The position numbers and the translations under genes were made by a program. The notes below the pieces were generated by a model. That model saw only the letters and a list, made by a program, of their open reading frames with translations, was not told where the DNA came from and ran no database searches. Source: an uncultured Eubacteriales bacterium (GTDB lineage Bacteria > Bacillota > Clostridia > Christensenellales > CAG-1252). Taken from it: a stretch of DNA of 61,740 nucleotides. Positions 9,401 to 17,788 of this stretch are shown piece after piece. How positions within the stretch are numbered: position 1 is the stretch's first letter; each line of letters begins with the position of its first letter. The stretch spans positions 1 to 61,740 of the forward strand of contig CADBTQ010000071.1 in the NCBI GenBank assembly GCA_902797685.1, read 5' to 3'.

Positions 9401-9988
9401 GAAGGAGAAGAAGAGGAAGCCGAGGAAGAGCGCAAGCGCAAAGAGGCGGAAGAAAAAGCCCGCCAAGAGGACGAAAACCGCGTACCCTTGGAGCAGATCG
9501 TTGCCGATCCTCGCTTTAACGACTTTACGATGTTGCAAAAGAAGTTGTTTGCCGCCACGTCCAACCAACGCTATCTGTACAGCGAACTCAAAAACACCCT
9601 GTTGTCTTTCAAGAAGGTCAAATGCAAGGAGAGCAACGCGGGCGACAGTTTCCGCCAAGGCGGCAGATTGATCGCGCGTATCACCCTCAACAACGACACG
9701 TTGCGCTTGCACTTGTGTCTCAATCCTTCCCAGTACAACCCCAGACAGTATCACCATTACAGTTTGGAGAAGTACGCCGCTTACAAGGAAGTGCCCTTTA
9801 CCTTGGACGTGACCGACAGCGATCAACTGCAAACGGCGGTGGGTTTGATCAACGACGCCATGAGCAGCAAATACCTGTTGTACGTGGACAACAAGCGCGA
9901 ATACGTCGACTACGCCGCTTTGTACACCTTGGGACAAGACGGCTCCATCCCCGAGCAACCCAAATCCGCCGAGGAAGAAGAGGAATAA
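6452..9988 (+). CDS. N-terminally membrane-anchored, very Glu/Pro/Gln-rich protein with three copies of an uncharacterised ~150-aa domain
   Basis: SD aggagg; hydrophobic N-terminus followed by basic KKQK; three repeats of SF..xR...YxxLKNxLLSYK...ESFR.G...RGKTLxLxxALDP...VP..LxV.S; long acidic low-complexity linkers. Confidence 0.85.
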   Translation: MLSLALSAVYIFVLYAVVGALLVIGAASVVGTVVAVNKAKKQKPQEEQAKQAAVAPTQPKAVEPKKEEQPVKEEEPQEEQVEEAPVEEAQPEVQEPVEEPLQEEMQEEEGEEAPIVPLGLAEEEEPQEEEPQDGEDYHTFIRYLRSFESRIRQSNDKTKNYYSILKNTLLSYKRVHARLSWKKESFRLGRELKAMMTVRGKTLCLFVALDPNEFDQNIYHQRDFSDKATYQEVPMMLRVKSDLGLRRAIRIIEILMERAGAVVDPKAVSVDYVPAFPYEDDPTLLEMGLIRIVGTRRKVVMQEGETREEAIARIQEELLQNDVEEDEVDVVSAEEQAEEDEEEGVQVTLSPDEFRDFIAYSRSFDAKLRQASDLTRDFYNEIKNKLLSYKRIHDRMSWKRESFRLGRALKAALTVRGKTLCLFVALDPNEYDQNIYHQRDFSDKTSYKDVPMMLRVKSHLGLKRALRIIEILMEKSDVQLDSKAERVDYLPALPYEDDPTLLEMGLIKKVIRRRRITVLEGETLEEAVERTQQELFAKDVDEVEEEELAQEEEQPAEEETPEEPIQEEAAEEIAEEPVQEDTPAKEETIEEPVEEETIEEPQQEVEEQPVEEQAEEESGDTLESAVAPLGMTEEEQPQEEAQPQEEVEEQPEEAEQSQEGTPAEEEKVEEQPVEETQPEEEQPEEAEEPKQEEVEEQPQEEVEETPEETVEEAPVEEESVEERPQEEPIQEEEEQPAEEPAQEEVPAEEPTNEDLADELDVDVEPVHAEQEQPIEEEPQQEEVEEQPEEEQELPAQEEPSNEELLDELDVDIEPAKPQEPAEEEQVEQQPEEPIEEEEAQPEEESEDTLESAVAPLGMTEEAQPQEEAQPEEEQPEEEKVEEQPEEEKVEEQAVEETPAKEEKAEEQPQEEEQPQEEIKEEPKQEKAPVIGGQPLPQGLYDEVPEERKEEPQEEQPQEEPKQEEESQKEELSEDEKALQALMAEGEEEEAEEERKRKEAEEKARQEDENRVPLEQIVADPRFNDFTMLQKKLFAATSNQRYLYSELKNTLLSFKKVKCKESNAGDSFRQGGRLIARITLNNDTLRLHLCLNPSQYNPRQYHHYSLEKYAAYKEVPFTLDVTDSDQLQTAVGLINDAMSSKYLLYVDNKREYVDYAALYTLGQDGSIPEQPKSAEEEEE
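8309..8346 (+). repeat. REP-like family B element, in-frame coding copy
   Basis: gatacgctcgagtccgctgtcgctcccctcggtatgac encodes DTLESAVAPLGMT. Confidence 0.8.
8990..9027 (+). repeat. REP-like family B element, in-frame coding copy
   Basis: Identical to 8309-8346. Confidence 0.8.
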
Positions 9989-9991
9989 TCA

Positions 9992-11896
9992 ATGAAACAA
10001 GGATTTATCGAAGTTTGCGCCCACTCCCCTTTGTTGAGAGTGGGCGACACTAAATATAACGCGCAACTGCTCGCCCAAACCATCTGCGAGGAAGCGGACA
10101 AGGGCGTGAGGATCGTCGTCACGCCCGAGTTGGGTTTGACCGGCTACACCGTGGGGGATCTACTCCTGCAATCCACCCTGCTTGCGGGCGCGATGGACGG
10201 GCTCGAGTACGTTGCCGAATCTACCGCCGATTGCGATTGCTTGGCGATAGTGGGTCTTCCCCTTACGGTGGACGGCAAACTCTACAACTCCGCCGCCGTA
10301 CTCCTGCACGGCAAGGTGCTGGGTGTGATCGCCAAAGGCAATATCCCCACGTACAGCGAGTTTTACGAGGGGCGCTATTTTGCCCCCGCGCCCAAAGAGA
10401 CTCGCACCATCCGCATTTTGGGACAAGAAGCGCCCTTTGGCGGGGCGATCGTGTTCCGCTGCGCCGATCTGCCCGATCTTGCTGTAGGCGTGGAGATATG
10501 CGAAGATCTGTGGATCCCCAATGCCCCGCACGCCAAGTTGGCGAAGGGCGGCGCGACCATCTTGTGCAATCTATCCGCCAGCGACCAAGTGGCGGGCAAA
10601 GCCAATTACCGCCGGCTGTTGGTGCAATCGGCGTCGGCAAGGTGTTTGGCGGGCTATATCTACTGCGACGCCCCCACCACCGAATCCACCCAGGACGTGG
10701 TCTTTTCGGCGCACGATATCATCGCCGAATCGGGCTATATCATGGCGGAGAGCAAACCCTTCGGCTTGGGACGCGCCAAGACCGAGATCGACGTCGCAAG
10801 GCTCAACTACGAGCGCAGACGAGTCAGCACGTTCACCACGTCCAACGAGGGGATCACCTACGTGGACTTTGCCTTTGACGGATTGAGCGAGGCGACCTTG
10901 ACGAGAGAGGTATCCCCCTATCCCTTCGTGCCCGACGATCCCGCCGCTCTTAGCGAACGCTGCGAGGAGATACTCGAAATGCAAGCGCACGGCTTGGCGA
11001 GACGGATCGAGCATACGGGGGCAAAATGTATGCTCCTCGGCGTATCGGGAGGGCTTGACAGCACGCTCGCTTTGTTGGTGTGCAAGCAAGCCTGCGAACT
11101 GTTGGGACGTCCTTTAAGCGATATCCATGCGGTCACTCTCCCCTGCTTCGGCACCACCGACCGCACCAAAAACAACGCGTTGGATCTCTGTCGCGCCTTG
11201 GGTGTACCCTGCCGCGAGATCAACATCGGGGAATCGGTCGCCAAACATTTGGCGGACATCGGACACGACCCCGCTGCCCGCGACGTGGCGTACGAAAACG
11301 CCCAAGCCCGCACCCGTACGATGGTGCTGATGGACTTGGCAAACCAAGAGGGCGGTTTTGTGGTCGGCACGGGCGATCTCAGCGAATTGGCGCTTGGTTG
11401 GTGCACCTACAACGGGGATCAAATGAGCATGTACGGGGTCAACGGCTCGGTGCCCAAGACTTTGATCCGCCACCTCATCGCGCACGTGGCAAGTCGGTCG
11501 GAAGAGGCGCTCAAGAGGGTGCTACTTGACGTGATCGACACCCCCATCTCCCCCGAACTGTTGCCCGCAAACGGGGGGCAAATCGTGCAAAAGACCGAGG
11601 AGATCGTGGGCAAGTACGACCTCAACGACTTTATCCTCTACTATATGATGCGTTGGGGATTTAGCCCCACCAAGATCGACAGACTGCTGTCCGTCGCCTA
11701 TCCCTCTATCGATCGAGAGGCGCGGAAAGAGGCGCTCAAGCGCTTCTATACCCGCTTTTTCTCCCAACAATTCAAGCGCAATCCCATGCCCGACGGCGCC
11801 AAAGTGGGTACGGTCGCCTTGTCCCCCCGCGGGGATTGGCGTATGCCCTCGGACGCCACCGCAAGGATCTGGCTGGACGAGATCGAAGAGTTGTAA
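9992..11896 (+). CDS. nadE: Glutamine-dependent NAD+ synthetase
   Basis: Nitrilase domain (PELGLTGY, EFYEGRYF, EICEDLW) plus synthetase domain (GVSGGLDST, ENAQAR, GTGDLSE, SPELLP, SPRGDWRMPSD). Confidence 0.96.
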   Translation: MKQGFIEVCAHSPLLRVGDTKYNAQLLAQTICEEADKGVRIVVTPELGLTGYTVGDLLLQSTLLAGAMDGLEYVAESTADCDCLAIVGLPLTVDGKLYNSAAVLLHGKVLGVIAKGNIPTYSEFYEGRYFAPAPKETRTIRILGQEAPFGGAIVFRCADLPDLAVGVEICEDLWIPNAPHAKLAKGGATILCNLSASDQVAGKANYRRLLVQSASARCLAGYIYCDAPTTESTQDVVFSAHDIIAESGYIMAESKPFGLGRAKTEIDVARLNYERRRVSTFTTSNEGITYVDFAFDGLSEATLTREVSPYPFVPDDPAALSERCEEILEMQAHGLARRIEHTGAKCMLLGVSGGLDSTLALLVCKQACELLGRPLSDIHAVTLPCFGTTDRTKNNALDLCRALGVPCREINIGESVAKHLADIGHDPAARDVAYENAQARTRTMVLMDLANQEGGFVVGTGDLSELALGWCTYNGDQMSMYGVNGSVPKTLIRHLIAHVASRSEEALKRVLLDVIDTPISPELLPANGGQIVQKTEEIVGKYDLNDFILYYMMRWGFSPTKIDRLLSVAYPSIDREARKEALKRFYTRFFSQQFKRNPMPDGAKVGTVALSPRGDWRMPSDATARIWLDEIEEL

Positions 11897-11906
11897 ATCG
11901 TTATAT

Positions 11907-11943
11907 AGCAAAAAGGCCTACGCACGCGCGTAGGCTTTTTGCT
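11907..11943. terminator. Bidirectional intrinsic terminator
   Basis: agcaaaaaggcctacgc-acgc-gcgtaggctttttgct between convergent nadE and folA. Confidence 0.85.
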
Positions 11944-11955
11944 TGTCCATAATGA

Positions 11956-12456
11956 TTATAGCGGCTTGGGATCGTGGTTGATATAGGTGCAGAACTGGAT
12001 GCGATAGCCGTTGTCGTCAATGGGATCGGCTTTTTCCACCAACTCCCAATTGTCCAACTCGTCCAAATTGTCGAAGCGAACGTCCGCTTGCTTGACCGCG
12101 TCCACTTTGGTGATCAGCGCTTCGCTGCAATAGGGCAACATGGTGTGATAGAACATGGCGCCCCCCACCACGAAGGCTTGCTCGAGATTCTCCCCTTTGA
12201 GGACCTCTTTGAGCGCCTCCATACTGTGGACGATCACGCAGTCGTCTCTCTCCACGCCCTCGGGGGCGAGTACGATATTTTTGCGGTTTTTGAGGGGTTT
12301 GCTGCCCGGGAAGGAAAGCAGCGTGTTGTATCCCATCAAGATAGTATGCCCGCTCGTCAAGGCACGGAAGCGCAACAAATCCATAGGCAATTTGAACAAC
12401 AGGTCGTTTTTGGCGCCGATGCCCCAATATCTGTCTACTGCTACGATTACTTTCAT
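11956..12456 (-). CDS. folA: Dihydrofolate reductase
   Basis: IVAVDRYWGIG..NDL, DLLRFRALT, MGYNT..S, PLKNRKNIVL, VVGG; SD aggaga before ATG 12456. Confidence 0.93.
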   Translation of the reverse strand: MKVIVAVDRYWGIGAKNDLLFKLPMDLLRFRALTSGHTILMGYNTLLSFPGSKPLKNRKNIVLAPEGVERDDCVIVHSMEALKEVLKGENLEQAFVVGGAMFYHTMLPYCSEALITKVDAVKQADVRFDNLDELDNWELVEKADPIDDNGYRIQFCTYINHDPKPL

Positions 12457-12564
12457 GTCGTTTCTCCTAAGTGTGTTTCTCTCGCAACAGTACCTCGTTC
12501 TTTCCAAGATACCGTTTGGAACAGTATATCATAAGAATTGCCTAATTGCAAGACTAATTTTTAA

Positions 12565-13983
12565 TTATAGTCGCACAATGCTCCCCTTGATACGGGATAA
12601 AGAGGTCTCTTTGCCCAACAAAACCGCCATTTCGCTCGCACCGCCCGGGGTGACCGCACGACCGGCGATGGCGATACGCACGCACCACAACACTGCGCCC
12701 TTTTTGACGCCTAAGGTGGGAGCGAGTTCGCTCAAAGCACCCAAGATGGAATCGTTGTCCCAAGGGGTGTTTTCCAACACGGGCAACGCCGCCGTCAAGA
12801 TCGTCTTTGCCAAGTCTTTATCCGTTTTGTTCTTTTGGTGAACGAACAACTCGAGATCGTAGCCGTCCCACTCTTCCACAAAGTCGATCATCTCGGGAAT
12901 GTCGCCCAAGGTCTCCAGACGGGGTTGCAACAATTTGAAGATCAATTCCTCGTCGTACTTGCCGTAAGCTTTGCTCTTAGCAAAGAAGGGGCGAGCCGCC
13001 TCGGCAAACGCCTCGGGACTTAACGCCGTAATATACTCTTTGTTGAGCCAGCGCATCTTGACGGGATCGAAAATGGAGGGGCTTTGGCTCAGTCCGTCGA
13101 TGGAAAACTGCTCGATGAGATCGCTCATAGACAACTTTTCTTGGTTGCCTTTGGGACTCCAACCCAACAAAGCGATGTAGTTGACGATCGCCTCGGGCAG
13201 ATAGCCTTTGGAGACGAAGTCCTCGAAGTTGGCGTCCCCGTAACGCTTGCTGAGTTTGTGCTCGTGGTCGCGCATGATGGGCGCCAAGTGAATGTATTGG
13301 GGACGTTGCCACCCGAAAAAGTCGTACAACAGGTTGTATTGGGGGGTGGAAGACAAGTATTCGTTACCACGCAAAATATGGGTGATATTCATGCTGTGGT
13401 CGTCGATGACGTTGGCGAAGTTGTAGGTGGGCATACCGTCCGACTTGAGCATGATCATGTCGTCCATGTCCTTGTACGCCACCGCGATATGACCGTACAC
13501 CATGTCGTCGTATTCGGACACGCCGTCCGTCTCGGGCACGCGCATACGAATGACGTAGGGGTCGCCGTTATCCAAGTGGGCTTGCACTTCTTCTCTGCTT
13601 AGGTGCGCGCACTTTTTGTCGTACTTACCCACGCCGCCGTCTTTGACGTGACGATCTTGGCAGAAGCAGTAGTAGGCGTGACCCTTTTCCACCAATTCCA
13701 ACGCGTATTTTTTGTACAACGCCTTGCGTTGGCTTTGCACGTAGATCATCCCTTCCTTTTCCTTGCCGGGACCCTCGTCGTAGTCGATGCCCGCCATTTT
13801 GAGGGTGCGGAAAATAGCGTCGGTCGCCCCTTCCACGTAGCGGCCTTGGTCGGTGTCCTCGATACGAAGGATAAAGGTGCCGCCATGTTGTTTGGCGAAC
13901 AAATACGCGTACAACCCGGTACGCAGATTGCCCACGTGCATAAACCCGGTGGGACTGGGTGCAAATCTCGTTCTGACTTCCAT
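12565..13983 (-). CDS. gltX: Glutamate--tRNA ligase
   Basis: RTRFAPSPTGFMHVGN (HIGH), LRIEDTD, KLSKR (KMSKS). Confidence 0.97.
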   Translation of the reverse strand: MEVRTRFAPSPTGFMHVGNLRTGLYAYLFAKQHGGTFILRIEDTDQGRYVEGATDAIFRTLKMAGIDYDEGPGKEKEGMIYVQSQRKALYKKYALELVEKGHAYYCFCQDRHVKDGGVGKYDKKCAHLSREEVQAHLDNGDPYVIRMRVPETDGVSEYDDMVYGHIAVAYKDMDDMIMLKSDGMPTYNFANVIDDHSMNITHILRGNEYLSSTPQYNLLYDFFGWQRPQYIHLAPIMRDHEHKLSKRYGDANFEDFVSKGYLPEAIVNYIALLGWSPKGNQEKLSMSDLIEQFSIDGLSQSPSIFDPVKMRWLNKEYITALSPEAFAEAARPFFAKSKAYGKYDEELIFKLLQPRLETLGDIPEMIDFVEEWDGYDLELFVHQKNKTDKDLAKTILTAALPVLENTPWDNDSILGALSELAPTLGVKKGAVLWCVRIAIAGRAVTPGGASEMAVLLGKETSLSRIKGSIVRL

Positions 13984-13986
13984 ACT

Positions 13987-15810
13987 CTACTCCTTGTTGC
14001 GGAAGATCTGTTTCATCCGCATACTGTTGTTCATGATGATCTTGCGCATACGCAGGTTTTTGGGGGTGACTTCCAGTATCTCGTCCTCGCTCAAAAACTC
14101 GAGCATCTCCTCCAAACTGAATCGTCTGGGCGGGGTGAGGCGCAAGGCTTCGTCCGACGCCGCCGAACGCATATTGGTGACGTGCTTTTTCTTGCACACG
14201 TTGACCACGATATCCTCGTTGCGGGTGGTGTAACCCACGATCATGCCCTCGTACACGGGGACGTTGGGCTCCACGAACAGAGGGCCTCTCTCTTGGGCGT
14301 TAAACAAGCCGTAAGTGCTGGCTTCGCCCGTCTCGTAGGCGATCAAACTGCCCACGTTGCGGCGAACGATCTCGCCCTTGTACGCTTCGTATCCGCCGAA
14401 GAGGGTGTTCATCACGCCCTCGCCGCGGGTATCGGTCAAAAACTCGTTTTTGTAACCGATCAAGCCCCGTTCGGGCACGCGGAACTCGATGCGCACGCGG
14501 CTGCCCACGGGATTCATGGTGACCAACTCGCCTTTGCGCGCGCCGATCTTTTCCATGACCGCGCCCACCGACTCGGAAGGCACGTCCACGATCAACTGTT
14601 CGATGGGCTCCAACTTCTTGCCCGTCTCGCTGGTCTTGTACAGCACCTTGGGCATGGAGACCGCAAATTCGTACCCCTCGCGGCGCATGGTCTCGATGAG
14701 TACCGACAAGTGCATTTCGCCGCGGCCCTTGACGATAAACTCCTCGGTGGAGCGACCGTCCTCGACCTTGAGGGACACGTCTTTGAGCAGTTCGCGATAC
14801 AATCTGTCGCGAAGGTGGCGGCTGGTGACGAACTTGCCGTCTTGTCCCGCAAAGGGGCTGTCGTTGACGAGAAAGCGCATCTCCAGAGTGGGATCGCCGA
14901 TCTTGACGAAAGGCACGGCTTCCACTTGATCCAAAGCGCACACCGTGTTGCCGATGTTGATCCCCTCGATACCCGAAAAACAGACGATATCGCCCACTTT
15001 GGCGCTCTCGACGGGTACGCGTTTGAGTCCGTCGATCTGCATCAGGGTGACCAATTTGCTGCGGTAGGGCACGATATTGCCGTGATAATCGCACACCATC
15101 ACATCTTGACCGGTGTGGACTTCCCCGCGCTCGACTCTGCCGATACCGATACGACCCACGTACTCATTGTAGTCGATGGAACTGACCAACACTTGGGTCT
15201 TGCCCGTTTCGTCCCCTTGGGGCGGGTCGATATAATTGACGATGGTCTCAAACAAAGCGGTGAGGTCGGGACCTTGCTCCACGGTCAGACCGCTCGTACC
15301 CATACGACCGCTGCAATAGACGATAGGCGAGTTGAATTGATCCTCGGTGGCGTCAAGATCGAGCAACAGTCCCAATACTTCGTCCACCACGCGCTGGGGC
15401 TCGGCGTCCGCTCTGTCCACTTTGTTGACGCAGATGATGATCTTGTGGTTGAGTTCCAACGCCTTTTGGAGCACGAAGCGGGTCTGCGGCATGGGACCTT
15501 CCACCGCGTCCACCAACAAGAGCACGCCGTCCACCATCTTGAGCACCCGCTCCACTTCCCCGCCGAAATCGGCGTGTCCGGGGGTGTCGATGATGTTGAT
15601 CTTGATGTCGTGGTAGTAGGCGGCGGTGTTCTTCGCCAAAATGGTGATACCCCGCTCCCTTTCCAGATCGTTGCTGTCCATGACGCGGTCGGCAACTTGT
15701 TGGTTGGCGCGGAAGATACCCCCTTGTTTGAGCATTTCGTCCACCAAAGTGGTCTTGCCGTGGTCGACGTGAGCGATGATGGCGACGTTACGTAAATCGT
15801 TTCTGATCAT
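13987..15810 (-). CDS. typA: Translational GTPase TypA/BipA
   Basis: [61 protein letters not shown]. Confidence 0.97.
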   Translation of the reverse strand: MIRNDLRNVAIIAHVDHGKTTLVDEMLKQGGIFRANQQVADRVMDSNDLERERGITILAKNTAAYYHDIKINIIDTPGHADFGGEVERVLKMVDGVLLLVDAVEGPMPQTRFVLQKALELNHKIIICVNKVDRADAEPQRVVDEVLGLLLDLDATEDQFNSPIVYCSGRMGTSGLTVEQGPDLTALFETIVNYIDPPQGDETGKTQVLVSSIDYNEYVGRIGIGRVERGEVHTGQDVMVCDYHGNIVPYRSKLVTLMQIDGLKRVPVESAKVGDIVCFSGIEGINIGNTVCALDQVEAVPFVKIGDPTLEMRFLVNDSPFAGQDGKFVTSRHLRDRLYRELLKDVSLKVEDGRSTEEFIVKGRGEMHLSVLIETMRREGYEFAVSMPKVLYKTSETGKKLEPIEQLIVDVPSESVGAVMEKIGARKGELVTMNPVGSRVRIEFRVPERGLIGYKNEFLTDTRGEGVMNTLFGGYEAYKGEIVRRNVGSLIAYETGEASTYGLFNAQERGPLFVEPNVPVYEGMIVGYTTRNEDIVVNVCKKKHVTNMRSAASDEALRLTPPRRFSLEEMLEFLSEDEILEVTPKNLRMRKIIMNNSMRMKQIFRNKE

Positions 15811-16015
15811 AGTTTCTCCTAATAGTAATACAAATCCTTTTTTACCATAATAATTATGCTATCACTCCTCTCAAAAATCAACTAAATTGAGGAGGAAAAT
15901 CGCCAAGAACAAGCACTTTTTGCGTGAAGAAGGCACAAAAAAGCCTCGTTTGCGTCCGCTTGGCTCCGATCTTTGCGGCAAGCGCACTCAAGTATATCCG
16001 TCTGACGTCATCTTA

Positions 16016-16054
16016 ACAAAAGTTCCCCGCGTTGAACATTCAACACGGGGAACT
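16016..16054 (-). terminator. Stem-loop, probable terminator of the phosphoesterase gene
   Basis: agttccccgcgttgaa-ca-ttcaacacggggaact with a short T-tail on the minus strand. Confidence 0.55.
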
Positions 16055-16099
16055 AACCGTTGCGCCAAAGGGAAGGCGCAGCGAAACCGATCGTGGCGC

Positions 16100-17782
16100 T
16101 TACTCCACGTCGTCCTCTTCCTTGCTCTCCTCTTTGGTCAACTCTTGGTTGTCGAACTTTTGAGGTTTGGCGCGGAGAGCGTTGATATCCACGATGGGTT
16201 TGCGGTTTTTGCCGGGGATAAACAGGATCATATCCAGCACGCCGATCACCACGATCACGCCCGCCAACACGATCAACAGTATCGCCCACCAAGCGAGACC
16301 GCCTTGCGCCGCTTCGATATCCACGATCCTCACGCCGTCGGGGGTGTACACCATGGTCAAAGGCTCGGCAAGACGGGTACCCGCTTCGCCCGAAGCCTTG
16401 GAAGAATACAAGGCGACGTAGGTGTCTTTGACCGCATAACGCTTGTTGCCCGAGGTGTAGAACTCGTCTTTGTCGTTGAGGTCGGCAAGACGGTAACCCG
16501 CGTAATAGGTAATGCCGTCCGCACCGCCCAACGCAAAGCGCACCACTTCCACGTCTTTGAGGTCGTCGGCGTGATAGGTATTGCCCAACACCTTAAAGGA
16601 GATGGCTTGATCCACCTTGGTCTCCGCCTTGGTGATGGCGATGTCGTCCACCACGTAGCTGACCCCGTCGACCACGGTGTAGGTGGTCAAAGACAACCTG
16701 CCTCTAGTGACTTTGAGATAGCCGTACACGGGACACTCGGCACGAGTGGCGACCCCGCCTTTTGAGGCGTACTCGGGTTTGAGTTCCAACTTGCCGTCCG
16801 CGAAGTAGTCGGACAAGATCTCTTGATTGGCAAAGTCCTTGCTGCGATCCTTGAGCGACACTTCGTCCGAATAGATGTAGTTGTAGAACTTGTCGCCCAT
16901 GGTGCCCATATTGACAAAGAGCACCCCCTCGGGGTCGATGGCGGCGCCGGTCGCGTCGTACGAGGGCGCGGTCGTTTGATAGGTATGCCCGATCACCTCG
17001 TCTTCTTCGTCCAACACTTCGGTCACACCGCTGACGTACTTGCTGACCGAATAGGTGTGGTCGTGTCCTTGCAGCACCAAGTCCACCCCGTACTCCACCA
17101 AGATAGGCGTGAGTTGGGCGCGAATGGCGATGACGTCGGTATCGAAAGCGTGGCTGCCCGCGGTAAAGGGACCTTTGTGCAAGCACACCACGACGAACTC
17201 GACGCTCTCGTCCGCACGGGCTGCCGCGAGATCCTCTTCGAGCCAGTCGATCTGCTCGTCGGACAAGGCGTTGTCCTCGACCAGATCGTTGGTGTTGAGG
17301 TAAACTATGTGCATATTTTGGTAGGTGTAACTGCCGTAATAGCCGGTAGGCTCGTCCACGTCTTTGTCCGAAATGGTCACGATGGAGGAGATACAGAATG
17401 CATTGTCCTCGTGATTGCCCGCCACCGTCTCAAACGAGTGCTGGGCGTACACTTTGTCGTGTCCGTCGAGCAACCAACCCCATTGGTTGATATTTTCGCC
17501 CTTGTCCACGTTGTCGCCCATGCTAATGACGGTTTGGGGCTTGCCCTTGGACAAAGCTTCCAACATATTGGGCAAAGACAGTTGATAATTGCGCTCTACG
17601 CTGCCTTGGATGTCGGCGATGGCGAGATACTCCACCCCGCCCTCGTCGGGCAACGCCTCGAAGGAATACACCTCGGTCCAACCCGTGCGGTTGGAGCCCA
17701 ACCGATAGTAATAGGTCTTGCCGGGGGTAAGTCCTTGGAGCACGTAGTCGCAGCGGTTGTAGTCGCGGTAGGCATAGGTCAT
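16100..17782 (-). CDS. Purple acid phosphatase-like metallophosphoesterase with C-terminal TM anchor; C-terminal part of a gene split by an in-frame TAA
   Basis: LTPGKTYYYRLG (FN3), ADIQ, GDNV, GNHE, HKG, LQGHDH; C-terminal TM helix; in frame with the upstream ORF and has no SD. Confidence 0.8.
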   Translation of the reverse strand: MTYAYRDYNRCDYVLQGLTPGKTYYYRLGSNRTGWTEVYSFEALPDEGGVEYLAIADIQGSVERNYQLSLPNMLEALSKGKPQTVISMGDNVDKGENINQWGWLLDGHDKVYAQHSFETVAGNHEDNAFCISSIVTISDKDVDEPTGYYGSYTYQNMHIVYLNTNDLVEDNALSDEQIDWLEEDLAAARADESVEFVVVCLHKGPFTAGSHAFDTDVIAIRAQLTPILVEYGVDLVLQGHDHTYSVSKYVSGVTEVLDEEDEVIGHTYQTTAPSYDATGAAIDPEGVLFVNMGTMGDKFYNYIYSDEVSLKDRSKDFANQEILSDYFADGKLELKPEYASKGGVATRAECPVYGYLKVTRGRLSLTTYTVVDGVSYVVDDIAITKAETKVDQAISFKVLGNTYHADDLKDVEVVRFALGGADGITYYAGYRLADLNDKDEFYTSGNKRYAVKDTYVALYSSKASGEAGTRLAEPLTMVYTPDGVRIVDIEAAQGGLAWWAILLIVLAGVIVVIGVLDMILFIPGKNRKPIVDINALRAKPQKFDNQELTKEESKEEDDVE

Positions 17783-17788
17783 GTTGAG

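Noticed and set aside
16021-16054. gttccccgcg...cggggaac resembling a type I-E CRISPR repeat
   Set aside because: Single copy located just after a gene end; better explained as a terminator hairpin.
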